From: Hydrolagus affinis
Lineage: Eukaryota
Direction: 5' to 3'
DNA: 64,000 nt
Assembly (NCBI GenBank): GCA_012026655.1
Contig: JAAILG010000871.1
Span: 1-64,000 of the forward strand
Both the position numbers and the translations under genes were made by a program. Each line of letters starts with the position of its first letter. Positions within the stretch are counted from its first letter, which is position 1. Shown piece after piece: positions 23,053 through 64,000 of the stretch. The notes beneath the pieces were generated by a model. It was not told the origin of the DNA. It saw only the letters and a program-made list of their open reading frames with translations, and ran no database searches.

Positions 23053-23579
23053 TGTTTTGGTGCCAAGTGCCAACTGATGTGGCTTATTTTTGCAGGGTTT
23101 TAAACTCCAGACCAGCCAGCAGTTGCTGTTGTAGTTTTCAGACTCTTCCACTAGATGGTGATGAGCATTCACCGACAGACTGGGTGGCCTCGGCTCTGCT
23201 CTTCACCTCTATGATCAGTAATCACACTCTCGGGTGCCCAAGCCTTGGCTCTTGCCAACCTGCACCAAATACTTTCCAGAATTAGGTAAACAGTGTGCGT
23301 CCCTCCAGGGAGAGAGAGAACATTCCATTCCAACAATCTTTCTCCGGAATCTCCCAGTGTAGGTGGAATGCATGGAATTCTCAGTCTGGACCGGACACTC
23401 TTAAGCACGGTGATGGGTTTCATGCGTGTGTCAGACACAAACCCGGCTGAGCAAGTTCTCCTTCGTCACGCTGGCTCCCAGACAAAATCGGTTATTCATG
23501 GCTGTTTGCTGAATCCTTTACAACCTGCAAACACACAGTCACTAACTACACTCTGCAGTGATTGCTGTGAGCTGCCCAG

Positions 23580-23954
23580 GGACTGTCTGACGTCACCTGT
23601 TGCTCAGGGCCAGAACTGCATCTCCCAGCGGCCACCGCGCTGGTCAGCTAACACGCAGGCGCACTAGCCTCACTGGCGAGGAGGGCGGGGGAAGGGAAAA
23701 TATATCAAATCGCAGCCTTCCTGTGGCTTCCTCCCACCCCCAGCCTCGCCCTAGTAGCCGCCGCAACGCGTCACGTGGTATTTTTGTCCTTTAAAATGTC
23801 TGTTTCTGCCATATAATACATATTATTATAATTTTGCGGACAAACTACAATTCCCAAGATGCCTGACGGTCACATCCGGTGGGCCTGTCGGGGGCTTCCG
23901 GCGAGGCGGGCGAGCAGCGCGCATGCGCTGCGGCCTGTGGGCTCGGGCCGGGAC
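23580..23954 (+). promoter_or_regulatory. COP1 CpG-island housekeeping promoter
   Basis: CRE TGACGTCA 23588-23595; E-box GTCACGTGG 23770-23778; ZNF143/THAP11 motif ACTACAATTCCCAAGATGC 23844-23862; ETS CTTCCGG 23895-23901; NRF1 GCGCATGCGC 23919-23928. Confidence 0.82.
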
Positions 23955-62872
<38,918 letters not shown>

Positions 62873-62914
62873 GTAATGTCCAGCATTCACTCCTCATGCC
62901 ATGCTTGACTGAGA

Positions 62915-63309
62915 TTCTTGCATTTGATGTAGTTCGTTGTCACGTCTTTTGAGACGTCTCAAAGCATTTCACAGAATATACTGTAAAGATTTGACCGTAT
63001 TTGGTAGGAAGGACAGCTGTGGGTAAAACCTGAATCTACCCAGGCTGCGCAACAGTTCGGTGTAGTTGAGGAGGTCAGAGACATTGACAGGAGAATGCCA
63101 AGGAGTATGGCTTCCGTCTTGCCGACAGTCATGGATTGAGTGACAAACTTAGTTATTTATTTATGGAAGGATTACCACTGGAAAACCCAATCTACAATCA
63201 ACTAACATGGTTCCTAATAATTGCTAGGTAAACAGAAGTGTGCGGAGTAAGAAAACTTACCTAAGGTTTTGCCCCAGGCAGGAATCGAATCCAGGTCCTC
63301 TCGCTTGCA
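62915..63309 (-). mobile_element. tRNA-derived SINE copy, interrupted and 5'-truncated
   Basis: Tail at about 62915-63010, body and head at 63125-63309. Confidence 0.65.
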
Positions 63310-63340
63310 CTGTCCTCGGATTTTTCCGAGGACAGTGCAA
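63305..63340. other. Perfect 16-bp inverted repeat with TTTT loop
   Basis: TTGCACTGTCCTCGGA-TTTT-TCCGAGGACAGTGCAA. Confidence 0.9.
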
Positions 63341-63739
63341 TAAATTTGAATTCTGATGTCCCTGCCCACCTTTTCATTATAATTTGAACCGGTTCTGAAT
63401 TTACTGTCTGTTTTAATAATAACTTAATACATGAGTACAGGACAGGGCTATTTACTGGAAGCTGCTTTCCATCTTGTGTTGAGCAGAGTTCCTACCTAAT
63501 TTACATTGCTGCGGTCAAATGAATTGCTTTTGGGCTTTTTATGTAGGGGGAAGAATCTGTTTCTGTCTAGCGGCTACATTTTGAGTTGTAACTACTAAAT
63601 AAACTGAGCTGCTGATCTCTACCTCATGAGCACCATTTCTTATGTTGTCGGGCACCATTGATGGGCACCCTGGCTGCTGTTTCTCCTTCCTCTGTCCTCT
63701 GTTTAAAAATAGGACAGAGGTAGGAGAAACAACAGCCAT

Positions 63740-64000
63740 CCAACTCGGTTGTGGGATCAAGCCCCCAAGTGGTGACACTTGTCTCACAGTCTAAAGCTGA
63801 CACTGCAGTACAGTGCTTGTGGAGCTGCTGCTTAAATTTGTGTCTTCCCGTTTAGGTGGATGTTAAAAATCCCATGATATGTACTTGGAAAAGTGAAGCG
63901 AGTTTCTCCCTCTCTCTTTCTCCCTCTCTCTCCCGGTGACCTGGCCAACAATCCCCAAAGTACAATTGGTTACTCACTTCATGGCTGTTTTGGGAGAAAC
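63740..64000 (+). mobile_element. Deu-domain-like SINE copy running off the window
   Basis: GTTTAGGTGGATGTTAAAAATCCCATG...CCTGGCCAACAATCCCC. Confidence 0.62.

Noticed and set aside
23859-23954. Upstream in-frame ATG extending COP1 by 32 aa
   Set aside because: The ATG lies inside the ZNF143 promoter motif, probably upstream of the TSS; 23955 has the better Kozak context

Overview
Vertebrate genomic DNA, not prokaryotic. The repeat content (Deu-domain SINEs, tRNA-head SINEs with L2-type tails, CR1/L2 fragments) suggests a cartilaginous fish, probably a chimaera; this is inference. I rebuilt three spliced genes by hand from GT-AG junctions and frame continuity. (1) SEC22B coding exon 1 on the minus strand (237-311), which is too short for the ORF track. 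(2) An apparently complete SEC16B on the plus strand: 23 coding exons, 3518-22175, 3045 nt, 1014 aa, head-to-head with SEC22B across a CpG island. (3) COP1/RFWD2 E3 ligase exons 1-15 on the plus strand, from 23955 to beyond the window; exon 12 is cut by an N gap. Nearly all entries in the ORF track are spurious or exon fragments. I found no novel enzymatic system. The best leads are the divergent SEC22B/SEC16B pair with a UPRE/CREB3-type site, a candidate HNF4/GATA alternative SEC16B promoter, direct SEC16B-COP1 adjacency, absence of the human COP1 ATM site (S387), a triple-nested transposon with intact TSDs, a 26-bp perfect intronic hairpin, and a 16-nt repeat placing stops in all three frames at the SEC16B end. 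Comparisons with human proteins and gene order are from memory and were not aligned. Repeat boundaries are approximate.
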